Assembly (NCBI GenBank): GCA_024679065.1
Contig: JAGIQG010000009.1
Span: 31,248,001 to 31,312,000 of the forward strand
Reading direction: 5' to 3'
DNA length: 64,000 nt
Source of the DNA: Sphyrna mokarran
Lineage: Eukaryota
Shown piece after piece: positions 62,800 to 64,000 of the stretch (position 1 is its first letter; every line of letters starts with the position of its first letter). The translations under genes were made by a program, and so were the position numbers. Under the pieces are notes generated by a model. It did no database searches, had not been told where the DNA came from, and saw only the letters and a list, made by a program, of their open reading frames with translations.

Positions 62800-63150
62800 A
62801 TACAAAAGCAAAATACTACGAATTCCAGAAATTTGTAATGAAGAAATATTTGGCAAATCAGGCAGTATCTGTGGAGAGAGAGGAAAACAGAATTCGCATA
62901 TCAGGTCGATAATCTATATGCCAGAATATGGTCAGAACTGACATGAAAAGTTGAATGGGATTTTCCAGCCACACTCATGCCAAAACCAGCGAATCCTGAC
63001 CAAGGTTAATGGACCTTTGCATGGTCTACACCCCCATCCACTACGATTCCCACCATGTGTGGGATGGAAGAATCTCTCTCATTACCTCTATTTCTCTATT
63101 TACAAGTGCTGCTTGATCTATTAGTTTCAGCATTTTTTGTTTTATTCCAA
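62800..63150. mobile_element. Decayed Penelope family 1 palindrome split by a MITE
   Basis: aaagcaaaatact..atctgtggagagag arm and tttcagcattttttgtttt arm flank a gggattttcc..aagaatctc element. Confidence 0.45.
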
Positions 63151-63652
63151 GGCATTGATATCTCTTATAAAATAATGTGGCAGCAGCAGGAACAACTGCT
63201 GAGCAAGAACTTTTATAACAGATGGAGTTGCAGTTGTGAGGTTTATAATGTAGTTATGTTTTGGGACTGTGACTTACAGGTGGTAGTGGTCCCAGATATT
63301 TACTGCTTTTGTCTTTACTGGTGATAGAGATATGGGTTTCAAAGATGCTGCCAAAGGTGATTTAATGAGTTGCTGATAGAGTCCAGAGTCACAAGAAGGT
63401 GAGAATGTCAGGTTGTAAACATGTGTAATTTAAAATGTCCATTTTATTCCAAGATAGAATAAATTGAGGTCCAAAGATTAGCTAATTTCTACCTGGATAC
63501 AAAGCTCATGTGATTCACATCATCATGGATATGGACTTTGAGGGAGGAAGAAATTTTAAAATATCTCTGAAATTCACAGACAAGTTAATCTGCCTGGATT
63601 CGGGAGAGAGGGATTTACTAGAAGCCAAATGTCTCTATGACTGACTGTGCAT

Positions 63653-63932
63653 TGGGCGGCATGGTGGCACAGTGGTTAGCACTGCTGCCTGACAGTGGCA
63701 GGGATCTGGGTTCGATTCCCGGCTTGGGTCACTGTCTGTGTGGTGTTTGCATGTTATCCCCATGTCAACATGGGTTTCCTCCAAGTGCTCTGGTTTCTTT
63801 CCACAATCTGAAAGACATGTTGGTGAGGTGTGTTGATCCAAATAGCTACTGGAGTGTGGTGACTAGGGGAATTTCACAGTAACTTCATTGCAGTGTTAAT
63901 GTAAGCCTTACTTGTGACTAATGAATAAACTT
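63653..63932 (+). mobile_element. V-SINE, tail type B
   Basis: gggcggcatggtggcacagtggttagcac, gggttcgattccc, B tail. Confidence 0.9.
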
Positions 63933-64000
63933 TATGTCTTTATTTTACATGTGGATGCGAACTTATGCTTTGATTGAAAAGACCAAATTCCTGAGGATCT

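Noticed and set aside
63653-63725. tRNA gene (also other GGTGGCACAGTGGTTAGC heads)
   Set aside because: A and B boxes run into the V-domain and SINE tail with no complete cloverleaf; these are SINE heads.

Overview
Eukaryotic, repeat-dense, AT-rich DNA with no recognisable intact protein-coding gene. The repeat families (HE1-like V-SINEs, DeuSINE/SacSINE1-like copies, CR1/HER1-type LINEs) point to a shark, possibly a carcharhiniform; this is an inference. The window looks like a long intron or intergenic region. Most ORFs in the track are translations of SINE or LINE copies. Content: about 20 V-domain SINEs with two different 3' tails, many CR1 fragments including one young near-complete ORF2 copy (30571-34245), Rex/Babar and L2 fragments, two decayed Gypsy LTR elements, a probable solo LTR, small palindromic MITEs and Penelope-type hairpin elements with decayed hammerhead-ribozyme cores. 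The main observations are: (i) three local inverted duplications within 25-35 kb, one clearly a templated insertion inside a SINE; (ii) an apparently ORF1-less LINE whose 5' end is a tRNA-like SINE head, with short head-plus-tail derivatives elsewhere in the window; (iii) a CR1 with a V-SINE in its 3' UTR; (iv) a TSD-flanked Penelope hairpin with hammerhead cores on both strands. Several exon-like segments exist but could not be assigned to a gene. Repeat boundaries and identities were estimated by eye.
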